Of a DNA stretch of 64,000 bases, positions 10,115 to 21,553 are shown one piece after another; position 1 is the stretch's first letter; every line of letters starts with the position of its first letter. The notes under the pieces are model-generated. The model was not told the origin of the DNA, did not search any database, and saw nothing but the letters and a program-made list of their open reading frames with translations. A program made the translations under genes and the position numbers. Source of the stretch: an uncultured Desulfobacter sp. (GTDB taxonomy: Bacteria; Desulfobacterota; Desulfobacteria; Desulfobacterales; Desulfobacteraceae); assembly GCA_963665095.1 (NCBI GenBank), contig OY762069.1, forward strand, positions 4,416,001 to 4,480,000, written 5' to 3'.

Positions 10115-10819
10115 TTGGTATCAATTGAAAATATTACCATTACCGGTCAGGGGCCGGGATGGATCTGTGTTGACAAACCCTTTGGGCTCAGTGTTCATAA
10201 TGATCCGGGACGGGATCTGGTCTCCATTCTGGCAGGGGATACGCAATTAAAGGGTTCAGGCGACATCCTTGCCCCGGTTCACCGTCTGGACAGGGAGACC
10301 TGCGGCCTGATTCTTCTGGCCACGGATCGAAAAGTGCTATCACTGCTGTCGGAACAGTTTGCAAAAAGGCAGGTCAAAAAAAGATACCGGGCGCTGGTTC
10401 ACGGCTGTTTTGAACCGGGGCAGGAAACAGGGCTCTGGGATACACCCTTGTCCAAACAGGCCGGGGGCAGGGCCGATCCAGCCGGCAAAAACAAAAAATA
10501 CCCGGCCCAGACCCGCTACAAAGTCCTGGAACAGACCGTCCACTATGCCCTGCTGGAAATCAAGCTTCTCTCGGGCCGGAAACACCAGATCCGGCGTCAC
10601 GCCAAACTCGCCGGCCATCCTGTCACCGGGGACAGCCGCTACGCATCACCCAGGGCATTAGCGTTTTTAAAAGACAACCGGCAATACACCACCCTTGGCC
10701 TGCAGTCCTGTTACCTTGAATTTCAAGATGCCGGCAGAAAGGTCTGTCTGGAATTGCCCCGCCTGCCCCTGGAAATGGCGCGGCTGATTCAGGATGATGA
10801 TCCTGCCCGGATATTATAA
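10115..10819 (+). CDS. RluA-family pseudouridine synthase
   Basis: DKPFGL, VHRLDRETCG, GRKHQIRRH, PVTGDSRY. Confidence 0.9.
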   Translation: MVSIENITITGQGPGWICVDKPFGLSVHNDPGRDLVSILAGDTQLKGSGDILAPVHRLDRETCGLILLATDRKVLSLLSEQFAKRQVKKRYRALVHGCFEPGQETGLWDTPLSKQAGGRADPAGKNKKYPAQTRYKVLEQTVHYALLEIKLLSGRKHQIRRHAKLAGHPVTGDSRYASPRALAFLKDNRQYTTLGLQSCYLEFQDAGRKVCLELPRLPLEMARLIQDDDPARIL

Positions 10820-10943
10820 GCTCCTGCAAAGGCGGGTTGTTGTGAACACGAAAAAAGCCCTTGCTTTGGATGATTTTAAAACCGTTTCAGGCGGCATTGT
10901 TCTTTTCCGGAGGCGGCCTGAAACTGTCCGGCATAATATTCTC

Positions 10944-10991
10944 TTGACACTGCCTGAATCACAATGATATCCACACAAGTAACATCGTTAC
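10944..10991 (+). promoter_or_regulatory. Candidate sigma70 promoter with overlapping palindromic operator (probable TetR site)
   Basis: TTGACA at 10944-10949, TGaTATCCA extended -10-like element, then GTAAC-ATC-GTTAC at 10979-10991 near the predicted start site. Confidence 0.45.
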
Positions 10992-11099
10992 ACTTTTACT
11001 GCCCGCTGACGTTTGACTGTCTGTTTTGTGTGTCTGCAATGATGTTTGGATTGCAGAAATTAATATAAAGGACTGCCATATGTATTCAGGACCCGGCAA

Positions 11100-11714
11100 G
11101 TGACCACAAAAGGAAAAACATTGTTACCCTCCCTGCGGCCTGATGTGAGCCGCCGTCTGGAAAGCGCCGTGATGGAGGTGTTTTCCCATTCTGATTTCCA
11201 TAAAGCCAATATTCGGGACGTGGCAAAAGTCGCCGGTGTCAGTTTCAATACCATTTATAAACATTTCGGGTCCAAGGAGCAGCTTGTTTTCTCTTATGTG
11301 GATGTCTGGCTGGGTCGGCTCACCGAACGGATCATAGATCATCTCAAGGGCATTGAGGATCTCAAGGAGAAGCTTCGCAAGGTACTCTGGCTGCAGCTGG
11401 ACTATTACGAACGCCACCCATACCTGGGACGCATGCTCTTTATGACGTTGCCCATGGCCACATGGATGGCGGACCGCACCTTTGAACAGAAAAAAATGAT
11501 CTGCCTTTACCTGGGTGTGCTTAAAAAAGGGCAGGAACAGGGAATTCTCAACCCGGATGTGCCGGCAGGCGTTTTGCTGGACTTCATGCTGGGACTGGTG
11601 CAGCGCTCCTTTTTCATGTGGGTCCAAAGAGGATGCGAAAACAGCCTGGCCGACCAGAGCGGGCCGCTGTTTGACATGGTGTGGCGGGCCATTACCGTCC
11701 CCGGGAAGGAATAA
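11100..11714 (+). CDS. TetR/AcrR family transcriptional regulator
   Basis: NIRDVAKVAGVSFNTIYKHFGSKEQL HTH. Confidence 0.9.
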   Translation: MTTKGKTLLPSLRPDVSRRLESAVMEVFSHSDFHKANIRDVAKVAGVSFNTIYKHFGSKEQLVFSYVDVWLGRLTERIIDHLKGIEDLKEKLRKVLWLQLDYYERHPYLGRMLFMTLPMATWMADRTFEQKKMICLYLGVLKKGQEQGILNPDVPAGVLLDFMLGLVQRSFFMWVQRGCENSLADQSGPLFDMVWRAITVPGKE

Positions 11715-11774
11715 AACCGGAAAGGAATAAAACAGATCCAATATAACAATAACCCAAAGAGCAAGGAGAGTTAG

Positions 11775-13895
11775 ATGAGGGAAGACCTGAACATTCTGGA
11801 TGCTTTTCCGGCCACGCCCCATGATGAGTGGCTGGCTGCGGTGGACAAGCAGCTCAAGGGCAAGCCATTTGACAAGGTGCTGGTGAAGAAAACCTATGAA
11901 GGCATTCCGATTCAACCCATGTATTTCAAACATGACCTGGAAGGCTTGCCTCATATTGACGGATTTCCAGGGTTTGCTCCCTATGCCAGGGGCAGCCGCG
12001 CCAAAGGGTTTCGGGTTGAGCCCTGGCACACGGCCCAGGAGGTGATTGAACCGGATCCCGACAGTCTGAATCAAAGCCTTATCAAGGATCTCGCCCGGGG
12101 GCAGGATACGGTAAATATTCGCCTGGACCTGGCAGCTAAAGCCGGGAAGACCCCGTCTTCCGCCCCAAAGCAGGATGTGGGAAAAAACGGGGTCAGCATG
12201 GCAACAGCTGGGGACTGGCAGCGGGTTTTAAACAATATTGATATGACCGAAACAGGGCTGATGGTGGATGCCGGCATGAGCGCGCCCGCTGTGATGGCGC
12301 TTCTGGCCGCAGGCCTGGGCCAGAAAAATCAGGCGTCTTTGTCAGGCAGCCTGGGTATGGATCCTTTAGGCATTCTGGCCGGACAGGGCACGCTTGACAC
12401 AGACCTTGCCGCAGCCTTTGATGCCATGGCCGGCCTGACCCAGTGGGCAGCAGACCATGCGCCGGGCATGAAAACCATTTCCGTCAGTTCCGAAGCCTTT
12501 GCCCATGCAGGGGCCCATGCGGTTCAGGAGCTGGCCTTTGCCGTGGCCACCGCCACAATGTATATCCGTGAAATGCAGAAGCGGGGCCTGGATATTGACA
12601 CGATCTGTGCCGCCGTCCAGTTCAGGTTTTCCATTGGATCTGATTTTTTCATGGAGATCGCCAAATTCAGGGCAGCCCGCATGGTATGGCATAAAATAAC
12701 CGAGGCCTTTGGTGCCGCAGATACCCACATGAGCATCCATGCCCGGACCGGTCTTTACAACAAAACTGTGGTGGATCCCTGGGTCAACATGCTGCGGGTC
12801 TGCACAGAGACCTTTTCCGGCATTGCCGGCGGCTGCGACAGCATCCATACCGGCGCCTTTGATGAACCTGTCCGCACCCCGGATGAATTTTCCCGCCGCA
12901 TTGCCAGAAACGTTCACACCCTGTTTAAGGAGGAGTCCCACTTTGACAAGGTGATGGATCCGGCCGGCGGCTCCTGGTACGTGGAGAACATCACCCTGCA
13001 GCTGGCGCAAAACGCCTGGGCCCTTTTCCAGGAGGTGGAAGGCATGGGCGGCATGGACAAAGCACTTGAGACAGGTTTTGTCCAGGAGAAGATCAGTGAG
13101 ACCGCCCAAGCCCGGGCCAAAAATGTAAGCACGCGCAAGGATAAAATCGTTGGCGTGAACATGTATCCCAATCTTACGGAAAAAACCCTGGCCCCCCGTG
13201 AACCTTTAAGTGACGCGTTTTTTGCCGCCTGTAAAGAGCGGCTGGAAAAGGATATCGCCAAAAGAGACGCAAATAAGGTGGCCAAGGCCCTTGAAGCGGT
13301 TAAAGCCGCATCCGGTAAATCTGAGATGGAGGCCGCCGTACAGGCCGCTGCTGCCGGGGCCACCCTGGAGGAACTTTGCAGCGCCATGGTCCCCAAAGGT
13401 GCCGGTGTCTCCCTTACCCCTCTGGTTCCCCTAAGACGCTCCGAGCCCTTTGAAGAGCTTCGCAAAGGCGTGGAAGCGGTGAAAGAGAAAACCGGAAAAC
13501 CCCTGCAGGTCTTCATGGCCAACATGGGGCCTTTGGCCAGGCATAAACCCAGGTCTGATTTTTCCACGGCGTTCTTTAATGTGGCAGCCCTTGAAACCAT
13601 CTTTACTCCTGGATTTGACTCGGCGGAAGACGCGGCAAAAGCGGCGCTTGATTCAGGGGTTAAGGCTGTGGTGATCTGCGGTACGGATGATGACTACACA
13701 ACGGTTGTGCCGCCCCTGGTCAAGCAGATCAAAGCGGCGGATCCGGGTATTCTCACCATTGTGGCGGGATTTTCCCCGGCTTATGTGGATGACTTTAAAG
13801 CGGCCGGCGTGGATGAGTTTATCCACATCAAGGCCGATACCTTCGGCCTTTTGACCAAGATTTCCCAGCATCTCATGCCCAAAGGGGGTGAATAA
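11775..13895 (+). CDS. mutA: Methylmalonyl-CoA mutase small (beta) subunit
   Basis: [35 protein letters not shown]-terminal B12-binding-like domain lacks the DxHxxG ligand. Confidence 0.9.
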   Translation: MREDLNILDAFPATPHDEWLAAVDKQLKGKPFDKVLVKKTYEGIPIQPMYFKHDLEGLPHIDGFPGFAPYARGSRAKGFRVEPWHTAQEVIEPDPDSLNQSLIKDLARGQDTVNIRLDLAAKAGKTPSSAPKQDVGKNGVSMATAGDWQRVLNNIDMTETGLMVDAGMSAPAVMALLAAGLGQKNQASLSGSLGMDPLGILAGQGTLDTDLAAAFDAMAGLTQWAADHAPGMKTISVSSEAFAHAGAHAVQELAFAVATATMYIREMQKRGLDIDTICAAVQFRFSIGSDFFMEIAKFRAARMVWHKITEAFGAADTHMSIHARTGLYNKTVVDPWVNMLRVCTETFSGIAGGCDSIHTGAFDEPVRTPDEFSRRIARNVHTLFKEESHFDKVMDPAGGSWYVENITLQLAQNAWALFQEVEGMGGMDKALETGFVQEKISETAQARAKNVSTRKDKIVGVNMYPNLTEKTLAPREPLSDAFFAACKERLEKDIAKRDANKVAKALEAVKAASGKSEMEAAVQAAAAGATLEELCSAMVPKGAGVSLTPLVPLRRSEPFEELRKGVEAVKEKTGKPLQVFMANMGPLARHKPRSDFSTAFFNVAALETIFTPGFDSAEDAAKAALDSGVKAVVICGTDDDYTTVVPPLVKQIKAADPGILTIVAGFSPAYVDDFKAAGVDEFIHIKADTFGLLTKISQHLMPKGGE

Positions 13896-16078
13896 TGACA
13901 ACACCTGATTTTACCAAAATAGCTTTCAGCGCGGACAGCCCCAAGGTTTCCTATGAACAGTGGGCCGCAAAGGTGAAAGAGGAGACCGGAAAAACCCCGG
14001 AAGAACTTGTCTGGACCACCAACGAGCAGATTGATCTCAAGCCGTTGTACACCCGGGCGGAGTATGACCAGATGGATCACCTGGACTATGTGGCAGGCAT
14101 TGCCCCGTATCTGCGGGGGCCTTACGCCACCATGTTTGTCCAGCGGCCCTGGACCGTGCGCCAGTACGCGGGGTTCTCCACGGCAGAAGAGAGCAACGCC
14201 TTTTACAGAAGGAATCTGGCAGCCGGCCAAAAGGGCCTTTCCATTGCCTTTGACCTGGCCACCCACAGGGGCTATGACTCGGATCATGACCGGGTGGTGG
14301 GTGATGTGGGAAAAGCGGGCGTGGCCGTGGACTCCATTCTGGACATGAATATTCTGTTTGACCGGATCCCCCTTGATCAAATGAGCGTCTCCATGACCAT
14401 GAACGGGGCGGTGCTGCCCATCATGGCCTTCTACATTGTGGCCGCCGAGGAGCAGGGGGTGAGCCAGGAGAAGCTTGCCGGCACCATCCAGAATGACATC
14501 CTCAAAGAGTACATGGTGAGAAACACCTATATCTATCCGCCCGAGCCCTCCATGCGGATCATCTCGGATATATTTGCCCATACCTCGGCCAATATGCCGA
14601 AATTCAACTCCATCTCCATTTCAGGCTACCACATGGAAGAAGCCGGCGCCTCTTCCGACATTGAGATGGCCTACACCCTGGCCGACGGCTTGGAGTATAT
14701 CCGCTGCGGCATCAACGCAGGCATGGACATTGACGCCTTTGCCCCGCGCATCTCCTTTTTCTGGGGCCAGGGCATGAACTTTTTCATGGAAGTGGCAAAG
14801 ATGAGAGCGGCCCGGATGATCTGGGCCAAGATCATCAAGCAGTATAACCCCAAAAATGCAAAATCCCTGGCGTTAAGAACCCACAGCCAGACCTCGGGGT
14901 GGAGTCTGACCGAAGGCGATCCCTACAACAATGTGGCCAGAACCTGCATTGAGGCCATGGCAGCGGCCCTTGGCCACACCCAGTCCATGCACACCAACTC
15001 CTTGGACGAAGCCATTGCCTTGCCCACGGATTTTTCCGCACGCATTGCCAGAAACACCCAGCTCTTTCTCCAGGACGAGACCAATATCCTGCGTCCGGCT
15101 GATCCCTGGGGCGGCTCCTACTATGTGGAGGCGCTCACCCATGCCATCATGCACCGGGCCTGGGACCATATCCAGGAGATCGAGTCTTTGGGCGGCATGG
15201 CCAAGGCCATTGAAACAGGGGTGCCCAAGATGCGTATTGAAGAGGCCGCTGCCCGCAGACAGGCCAATATCGATACCGGCCGGGAAAAAATCATCGGGGT
15301 AAATACCTTTTGCCTGGACAAAGAAGAGGCCATGGATACCCTGGAAGTGGATAATACCGCTGTGCGCGGCGCCCAGCTCGAACGTCTGGCAAAGCTTAAA
15401 TCCATGCGGGATGAGACCAAATGCCTTGCTGCACTGAATGCATTGACCCACTGTGCTGAAACCAAGGAGGGCAACCTTTTAGCCCTCTCCATTGAGGCGG
15501 CCAGGGCCAGGGCCTCCCTGGGCGAGATCTCCTATGCCCTGGAAAAGGTGTGGGGACGGCATAAGGCCGTTACCCGGGCCATCTCCGGCGTATACAAAGC
15601 TGAGTTCAGTGAAGCGGATGAGTTCAAAAAAGTAGTGGAGATGACCAAAGAGTTTGAAGAGTTTGAAGGGCGCAGACCCAGAATTCTTGTGGCCAAACTG
15701 GGCCAGGACGGCCATGACCGGGGGGCCAAGGTGATCTCCACGGCCTTTGCCGACATGGGGTTTGACGTGGATATCGGACCCATGTTCCAGACCCCTGCTG
15801 AAGCGGCCCGCCAGGCCGTGGAAAATGATGTGCATATCGTGGGGTTCAGCTCCCTTGCCGCCGGCCATAAAACGCTTTTGCCGGAGCTTGTTAAAGAGCT
15901 TGAGGCCTTAGGGCGACCGGACATCATGTGCATCATCGGCGGGGTTATCCCGGCCCCTGACTATGAGTTTTTGCGGGAAAACGGGGCCGCATGTATTTTT
16001 GGGCCGGGTACGGTAATCCCGGTGGCTGCCCAGAAAGTACTGAAGGAACTCAAAGAGCGCCTCGGGGAAACAGCATGA
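13895..16078 (+). CDS. scpA: Methylmalonyl-CoA mutase large (alpha) subunit, AdoCbl-dependent
   Basis: [49 protein letters not shown] (base-off His), SLAAGHKT. Confidence 0.97.
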   Translation: MTTPDFTKIAFSADSPKVSYEQWAAKVKEETGKTPEELVWTTNEQIDLKPLYTRAEYDQMDHLDYVAGIAPYLRGPYATMFVQRPWTVRQYAGFSTAEESNAFYRRNLAAGQKGLSIAFDLATHRGYDSDHDRVVGDVGKAGVAVDSILDMNILFDRIPLDQMSVSMTMNGAVLPIMAFYIVAAEEQGVSQEKLAGTIQNDILKEYMVRNTYIYPPEPSMRIISDIFAHTSANMPKFNSISISGYHMEEAGASSDIEMAYTLADGLEYIRCGINAGMDIDAFAPRISFFWGQGMNFFMEVAKMRAARMIWAKIIKQYNPKNAKSLALRTHSQTSGWSLTEGDPYNNVARTCIEAMAAALGHTQSMHTNSLDEAIALPTDFSARIARNTQLFLQDETNILRPADPWGGSYYVEALTHAIMHRAWDHIQEIESLGGMAKAIETGVPKMRIEEAAARRQANIDTGREKIIGVNTFCLDKEEAMDTLEVDNTAVRGAQLERLAKLKSMRDETKCLAALNALTHCAETKEGNLLALSIEAARARASLGEISYALEKVWGRHKAVTRAISGVYKAEFSEADEFKKVVEMTKEFEEFEGRRPRILVAKLGQDGHDRGAKVISTAFADMGFDVDIGPMFQTPAEAARQAVENDVHIVGFSSLAAGHKTLLPELVKELEALGRPDIMCIIGGVIPAPDYEFLRENGAACIFGPGTVIPVAAQKVLKELKERLGETA

Positions 16079-17280
16079 GTTTAAAAGAGGATAGAACCGG
16101 CGCCCCTGGCTCCCAAGGTGATGCAAAACTGCCGGAATGGGCACCTGAGGGTGGGGGCAAAGGCTTTGCCTGCCATGTCCAGGATGGAGTAGCGGCCTCC
16201 CATGATGGGGTAGCACTTCAAGCTTCCCGGCCGACTGGGGAGACATCGGGGAAGAAGACCTCTCCGGCAAAGTATCGGCGTCCTGTTCTATCCATTGATG
16301 AGATGGCGGACCAGGTCCTTGCGGGTAACCGCATGGTCCTGGCCCGTGCCATCACCCTTGTGGAGAGCAATGCCCCCCGCCACGCAGACAAAGCCCAGGA
16401 TCTTTTAAAGCGTCTGCTTCCCCATTCAGGCAATGCCGTGCGCATCGGCATCACCGGCGTTCCCGGAGTGGGCAAGAGCACCTTTATCGAAGCCCTGGGC
16501 TGTTATCTCACGGGCCAGGGCCATAAAGTAGCGGTCCTGGCTGTTGATCCCAGCTCCAGTATATCCGGAGGCAGCATCCTGGGGGACAAAACCCGTATGG
16601 AAAAATTAAGCGGGGAGCCCAACTGCTTTATCCGGCCCTCCCCGTCCGGCGGTTCTCTGGGCGGGGTGGCCCGGAAAACCCGGGAAACCATGCTGGTGTG
16701 CGAGGCTGCCGGATTTGACGTAATTCTCATTGAAACCGTAGGGGTGGGCCAAAGCGAAGTTACGGTGCGATCCATGGTGGATTTCTTCCTGCTGCTGATG
16801 CTGGCAGGTGCCGGCGACGAACTGCAGGGCATTAAAAAAGGAATCATGGAAATTGCCAATGCCCTGGTCATCAACAAGGCTGACGGAGAAAATAAACTGC
16901 CTGCCGAGCGGGCAAGGGCCGAATATGAGCGGGCACTGCACTATCTCCAGCCTGCCACCCAGGGATGGACCACCCATGCCTATACCTGTTCCGCCGTCAC
17001 CGGCGAGGGCATAGATAAAATATGGGAAACTATCCGAACCTTTGAAAAAATTACGAAAAAATCAGGGGTCTTTCAGGGGTTCAGGAAAAAGCAGACCGTT
17101 AAATGGGTCCATGACATGGTCAACGAACATTTAACCAGCCTGTTTTTCAGACATGACGGGGTGAAATCAAAACTGCCTGGCATAGAAGAGGCTGTTGCCC
17201 AGGGCAGTCTTCCCGCTGTTGCAGCAGTTAAACAGCTGCTGCGGATTTTTCATGATGATGAAGGATCTGACGGAAACTGA
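16075..17280 (+). CDS. meaB: Methylmalonyl-CoA mutase-associated GTPase
   Basis: [55 protein letters not shown] overlap with the mutase stop. Confidence 0.95.
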   Translation: MSLKEDRTGAPGSQGDAKLPEWAPEGGGKGFACHVQDGVAASHDGVALQASRPTGETSGKKTSPAKYRRPVLSIDEMADQVLAGNRMVLARAITLVESNAPRHADKAQDLLKRLLPHSGNAVRIGITGVPGVGKSTFIEALGCYLTGQGHKVAVLAVDPSSSISGGSILGDKTRMEKLSGEPNCFIRPSPSGGSLGGVARKTRETMLVCEAAGFDVILIETVGVGQSEVTVRSMVDFFLLLMLAGAGDELQGIKKGIMEIANALVINKADGENKLPAERARAEYERALHYLQPATQGWTTHAYTCSAVTGEGIDKIWETIRTFEKITKKSGVFQGFRKKQTVKWVHDMVNEHLTSLFFRHDGVKSKLPGIEEAVAQGSLPAVAAVKQLLRIFHDDEGSDGN

Positions 17281-17355
17281 TTCGCCCTGCTGGGTGAATG
17301 GCCACAGGTAATGCCGGGCATCTTGAGAATAGTGACCTCGCACCGGCAGCCGGGT

Positions 17356-18063
17356 TCAGTGTTTGAAGTCTGTCCTGCACTCCCGCTTTTCCAGATCCGT
17401 CTCTTCTGACTGCCAGATATCCACAATTTTCTGGTTTCCGGGATAATCAATGGTTTTGTACCAGTTAATATTGGCTAATTTGGCGGTAATTTTTCCAAGG
17501 CGGGCAATCTGGGATTTAATATTTTCCAGGCAGGAGGCAGATGCGGTGGACTCCGAATCCATGACCAGAAGTTCAGTATATCCAATAATGGCCTGAAGAG
17601 GCTGATTGATTTCATGACAGATGGCCCCGGCCATTTCCAGAACTCCCTGAAGGCGTTCCTTCTCCATGGTCTTTTTTTCAGCAGACCTGCGCTGGGATAT
17701 ATCGATAACCGTTGCGGTGATACAGGCCATGGGGGCTTCGGGGTCTGCCGGCTGGAGGCAGATATGGGCGGGAAAACAGGTGCCGTCTCCTTTCATCATG
17801 TCCACTTCATAATCAACCTTGCCGTCTTCGGCCAGGTCCCGGGCCATGATCTGCCAGGAGAACTGAAAATCCTGGCTTGTCTGAAAAAAAATTTCAAAAG
17901 GCTTGTTTTCCATATCGGTTCTGGCATGGTAACCGAAAATTTTAAGCAATTGCGCATTCACCCGGGTCAGGATCTGATTTTCGATCCGGGCAATCCCCAC
18001 AGCACAGGAGTCAAAAATTTCCTCCAGAACGGCTGCGTTATCGGTATTTATTTTTCTGCCCAT
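17356..18063 (-). CDS. PAS + HisKA (DHp) protein without ATPase domain
   Basis: PAS-PAC (KGDGTCFP...DISQRR), then H-box AICHEINQPLQ. Ends about 85 aa later with no N/G boxes. Confidence 0.75.
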   Translation of the reverse strand: MGRKINTDNAAVLEEIFDSCAVGIARIENQILTRVNAQLLKIFGYHARTDMENKPFEIFFQTSQDFQFSWQIMARDLAEDGKVDYEVDMMKGDGTCFPAHICLQPADPEAPMACITATVIDISQRRSAEKKTMEKERLQGVLEMAGAICHEINQPLQAIIGYTELLVMDSESTASASCLENIKSQIARLGKITAKLANINWYKTIDYPGNQKIVDIWQSEETDLEKRECRTDFKH

Positions 18064-18531
18064 CTTAAAACTTTTTCTTTAAACAGAGGTGGTCAAATAT
18101 GCTATCATCTACAATTGCTGGGCCGAAACAGGTACTCCGTTTTCGTAAGGTTTCAGCGGTCCATAGCTGACGGATATCACATTGTTTCCATATGATAATC
18201 CTGCCTCAGGATAAATTGACAGATATTATTTCATCAGCATTCGATTAAATCAAGCAGTAAAATGCAGACAAAGCGAGACAGGTATGAGCAAAACTGCATG
18301 AAAAAGGTTTATTTTCAAACTTGTTACGGTTTCTATTTTAATTTTCTGATTAAAAACAAACGGTTTTGCAGTCAGGATTTTTATATAAAATGCCATATTT
18401 GTAATTTTTAATTTGATTTTTACGCCATAAAACGGTATTTCCATTAAATTATTTAAATTGTAGCAGGGGCTGCCCCCTGTAAAATTATGGGTTGAAAACA
18501 ATACCAATTTTATTGATGCGGATATCCTTTT

Positions 18532-20052
18532 ATGAAGTCCATTGAAGAAACCTCCCTTTTATACGAGATCAGCGAAGCATTAAACCAGCACATGGATATG
18601 AAAAAATCCCTGTTCAAGGTCTTAAGTGTTCTGTCTGAATCCCTGAATCTGATAAGGGGGATCATCTTTTTAACCAATACCGAAACCGGTGAAATCCGTA
18701 TTGAAATCGCCCACGGTATTTCAGAAGAAACAACCAAACAGATCAAATACCTGCCCGGAGAAGGGGTGATCGGCAAGGTAATCCAGACCGGGAAGGCGGC
18801 TGTGGTGCCTAGAATCAGCGAAGAACCGCTGTTCCTGGATAAAACCCATTCAAGGAACCTGGCCCAGGGCCAGGATTACTCCTTTATCTGTGTGCCAATT
18901 AAAAAAGAGAACCGGGTGGTGGGTGCCATCAGCGCGGACAGGCCCTATGAAGGCAAACGCCACCTTGAAAATGGTGAAAAACTGCTCTCTGTTGTTGCCA
19001 CCATGGTGGCCCACCATGTAATCAACATTGAAACCATCCGGGTGGAAAAAGAGCAGCTTAAAACTGAAAACCTGCGCCTGAAATCCGAGCTGGAAAACAA
19101 GTACAGCTTTTCCAACATCATAGGCAACTCCAATAAGATGCGGGAAGTGCTGCAGATGATCTCCCAGGTATCCTCCTCTTCCGCAACGGTTCTGATCCGG
19201 GGGGAAAGCGGCACGGGCAAGGAGCTGGTGGCAAACTCAATTCATTACAACTCCGACAGGAACCAGAACCCCTTTATCAAGATCAACTGCGCGGCCATCC
19301 CTGACAACCTGATTGAAAGCGAGCTGTTCGGCCATGAAAAAGGGGCGTTTACAGGGGCCTCTTCCACCAAAAAGGGCAAATTTGAAATAGCCAATACCGG
19401 TACAATTTTTCTTGACGAGATCGGCAATATGGACCTGGGTGCCCAGGTAAAACTGCTGCGGGTACTCCAGGAGAAGGAATTTGAGCGGGTAGGCGGGTAT
19501 AAACCCATCAAGGCGGATGTCAGAATTGTGGCGGCCACAAACTCCAATCTCGAGGAGATGGTGCAACAGGGCAAGTTCAGGGATGACCTTTACTTCCGGC
19601 TCAATGTATTTCCCATTTATATCCCGAGCCTTCGCATGCGCAAAACAGATATCATTCTTCTGGCCGACCACTTCCTGGAAAAATACAGAAAGGAACACGG
19701 CAAGGAGATCAAGCGCATCACAACACCGGCCATTGACATGATGATGGAATATCACTGGCCCGGCAATGTCCGGGAGCTTGAAAACTGTATTGAGCGGGCC
19801 GTCATTCTGTGCAATGAAGGCGCCATCCACTCCTACCACCTGCCGGCAACCCTTCAGACCGGCACCAAATCCAAGACCCTGCCCCTTTCCTTAGAGGATG
19901 CCGTGGCAAGTCTTGAAAAGGAAATTCTCATGGATGCCCTGAAAAACACCCGGGGCAACATCAACAAAGCAGCCAAGCTGATCAATATCACAGTCAGAAA
20001 ATTTTCTTACAAGGCCGCCAGATACAATATTAACTACAAAGATTACCGGTAG
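18532..20052 (+). CDS. GAF-AAA+-HTH sigma54 enhancer-binding protein (NifA-like architecture)
   Basis: GAF (SFICVPI), [40 protein letters not shown]-terminal HTH. Confidence 0.92.
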   Translation: MKSIEETSLLYEISEALNQHMDMKKSLFKVLSVLSESLNLIRGIIFLTNTETGEIRIEIAHGISEETTKQIKYLPGEGVIGKVIQTGKAAVVPRISEEPLFLDKTHSRNLAQGQDYSFICVPIKKENRVVGAISADRPYEGKRHLENGEKLLSVVATMVAHHVINIETIRVEKEQLKTENLRLKSELENKYSFSNIIGNSNKMREVLQMISQVSSSSATVLIRGESGTGKELVANSIHYNSDRNQNPFIKINCAAIPDNLIESELFGHEKGAFTGASSTKKGKFEIANTGTIFLDEIGNMDLGAQVKLLRVLQEKEFERVGGYKPIKADVRIVAATNSNLEEMVQQGKFRDDLYFRLNVFPIYIPSLRMRKTDIILLADHFLEKYRKEHGKEIKRITTPAIDMMMEYHWPGNVRELENCIERAVILCNEGAIHSYHLPATLQTGTKSKTLPLSLEDAVASLEKEILMDALKNTRGNINKAAKLINITVRKFSYKAARYNINYKDYR

Positions 20053-20099
20053 TGTTTCCGCACAACTTTTTTAAACAGATTTGACGCTGAAAAGGCCTG

Positions 20100-21398
20100 C
20101 TATTTTTTCCGGATTTTCACGGAATTGGCATGGGCATGCAGACCTTCTGTCTCTGCCAGGGTGATCACATCATCAGCCTCTTTTTCAAAAGCAGCTTTGG
20201 AATAATGGATCAGGCTGGTTTTCTTGGTAAAATGGGATACACTTAACGCCGATGAAAACCGGGCTGTCCCCGCCGTAGGCAGCACATGATTGGGACCTGC
20301 AATATAATCTCCCATGGGTTCCGGTGTATAGGGACCCACAAACAGGGCGCCTGCATTCTGAACCCTGTCAATATAATCAAAGGGGGATTCCACGATGATC
20401 TCAAGATGTTCCGGCGCCAGGCGGTTGGACAGGTCAATGGCCGTATCGATATCCGGCACCACCAGAATGGAACCAAAATCATTAATGGACGGACCGGCAA
20501 TGGCTTTACGGGGCAGGGCGTTGAGCTGGGGCTCCAGAGCGGCAGCCACCTTTTCCGCCAGGGCCATGGAGTCAGTCACCAGCACCGCCGAAGCCAGCAC
20601 ATCATGTTCCGCCTGGGAGAGCAGGTCTGCGGCAATACATTCAGGGTCTGCGGTGTTGTCTGCAATTATCAGGATTTCACTGGGCCCGGCAATCATATCT
20701 ATCCCCACGGTACCGGAGACATTTTTTTTGGCAAGGGTCACATAGATATTCCCCGGTCCCACAATCACATCCACCTTTGGCACCTGGGCCGTACCATAAG
20801 CCAAGGCACCTATGGCCCAGGCAGAGCCGGCCTTAAATACAGCATCAAGACCAACGGCCCTTGCTGCAGCAAGAATATGGGGATTAATTTTGCCGTTTTC
20901 CATGGGCGGGGTCATTAATGAAACAGATGCCACCCCCGCCACTTTGGCGGGTATACCACCCATAAGCACCGAAGAAACCAGCGGTGTTTTACCTCCCTTT
21001 GCTCCGGGGGCATAGATCCCGGCTGCATTTACCGGCCGGACCATCTGGCCTACCATGACACCGTTTCTAGGGGTATCCATCCATGAATTTTCCCTCTGGC
21101 GGGTATGGAAGTCCGTAATCTGCTCCACAGCCCGGTCCAGAGCCTTTAAAAACTGGGAAGACATCATCCCCACAGCCTCTTCAAATTCCTCGTCCGTCAC
21201 CCGCAGGGTCTGGACTGTTACTGCCTGGGAATCAAATTTATTGGTATATTCAATCAGCGCCTCATCCCCGCGGGTTTTGACGTCCTCCAGAATGGCCAGA
21301 ACACGCTCCTGGTCTTTTGCTGAAAACCCAAGCCCCCTGTCGATGGTTTGCTGAACCCTTGCTTCCGCTTCCGGGGAAGGATAATTAAATATTTTCAT
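20100..21398 (-). CDS. hisD: Histidinol dehydrogenase
   Basis: IVGPGNIYV, IDMIAGPSE, DLLSQAEHD, APEHLE, GDYIAGPNHVLPT, EGLHAHA. Confidence 0.96.
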   Translation of the reverse strand: MKIFNYPSPEAEARVQQTIDRGLGFSAKDQERVLAILEDVKTRGDEALIEYTNKFDSQAVTVQTLRVTDEEFEEAVGMMSSQFLKALDRAVEQITDFHTRQRENSWMDTPRNGVMVGQMVRPVNAAGIYAPGAKGGKTPLVSSVLMGGIPAKVAGVASVSLMTPPMENGKINPHILAAARAVGLDAVFKAGSAWAIGALAYGTAQVPKVDVIVGPGNIYVTLAKKNVSGTVGIDMIAGPSEILIIADNTADPECIAADLLSQAEHDVLASAVLVTDSMALAEKVAAALEPQLNALPRKAIAGPSINDFGSILVVPDIDTAIDLSNRLAPEHLEIIVESPFDYIDRVQNAGALFVGPYTPEPMGDYIAGPNHVLPTAGTARFSSALSVSHFTKKTSLIHYSKAAFEKEADDVITLAETEGLHAHANSVKIRKK

Positions 21399-21553
21399 GG
21401 CAGCCGGCCCCTTTTAATTCATGTTCATTGCCGGCAAATATACAATCCATTTTTAAAAAGGAAGATGACCTGCCGGACAAAAAGGTATATATATCAATTT
21501 TTAGCATAGAAAACCAATGTCAAGTCCAAAGAGATTATAAAAAAGGAAGACCA

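Noticed and set aside
13819..13827. DnaA box TTATCCACA
   Set aside because: Single copy inside mutA; no cluster or AT-rich unwinding element.
11124..16977. Long minus-strand ORFs (316, 266, 247 and 228 aa) opposite tetR/mut/meaB
   Set aside because: Antisense shadows of high-confidence genes, with no motifs of their own.
18532..20052. Calling this gene nifA
   Set aside because: The architecture fits, but there is no nif context and many deltaproteobacterial activators share it.
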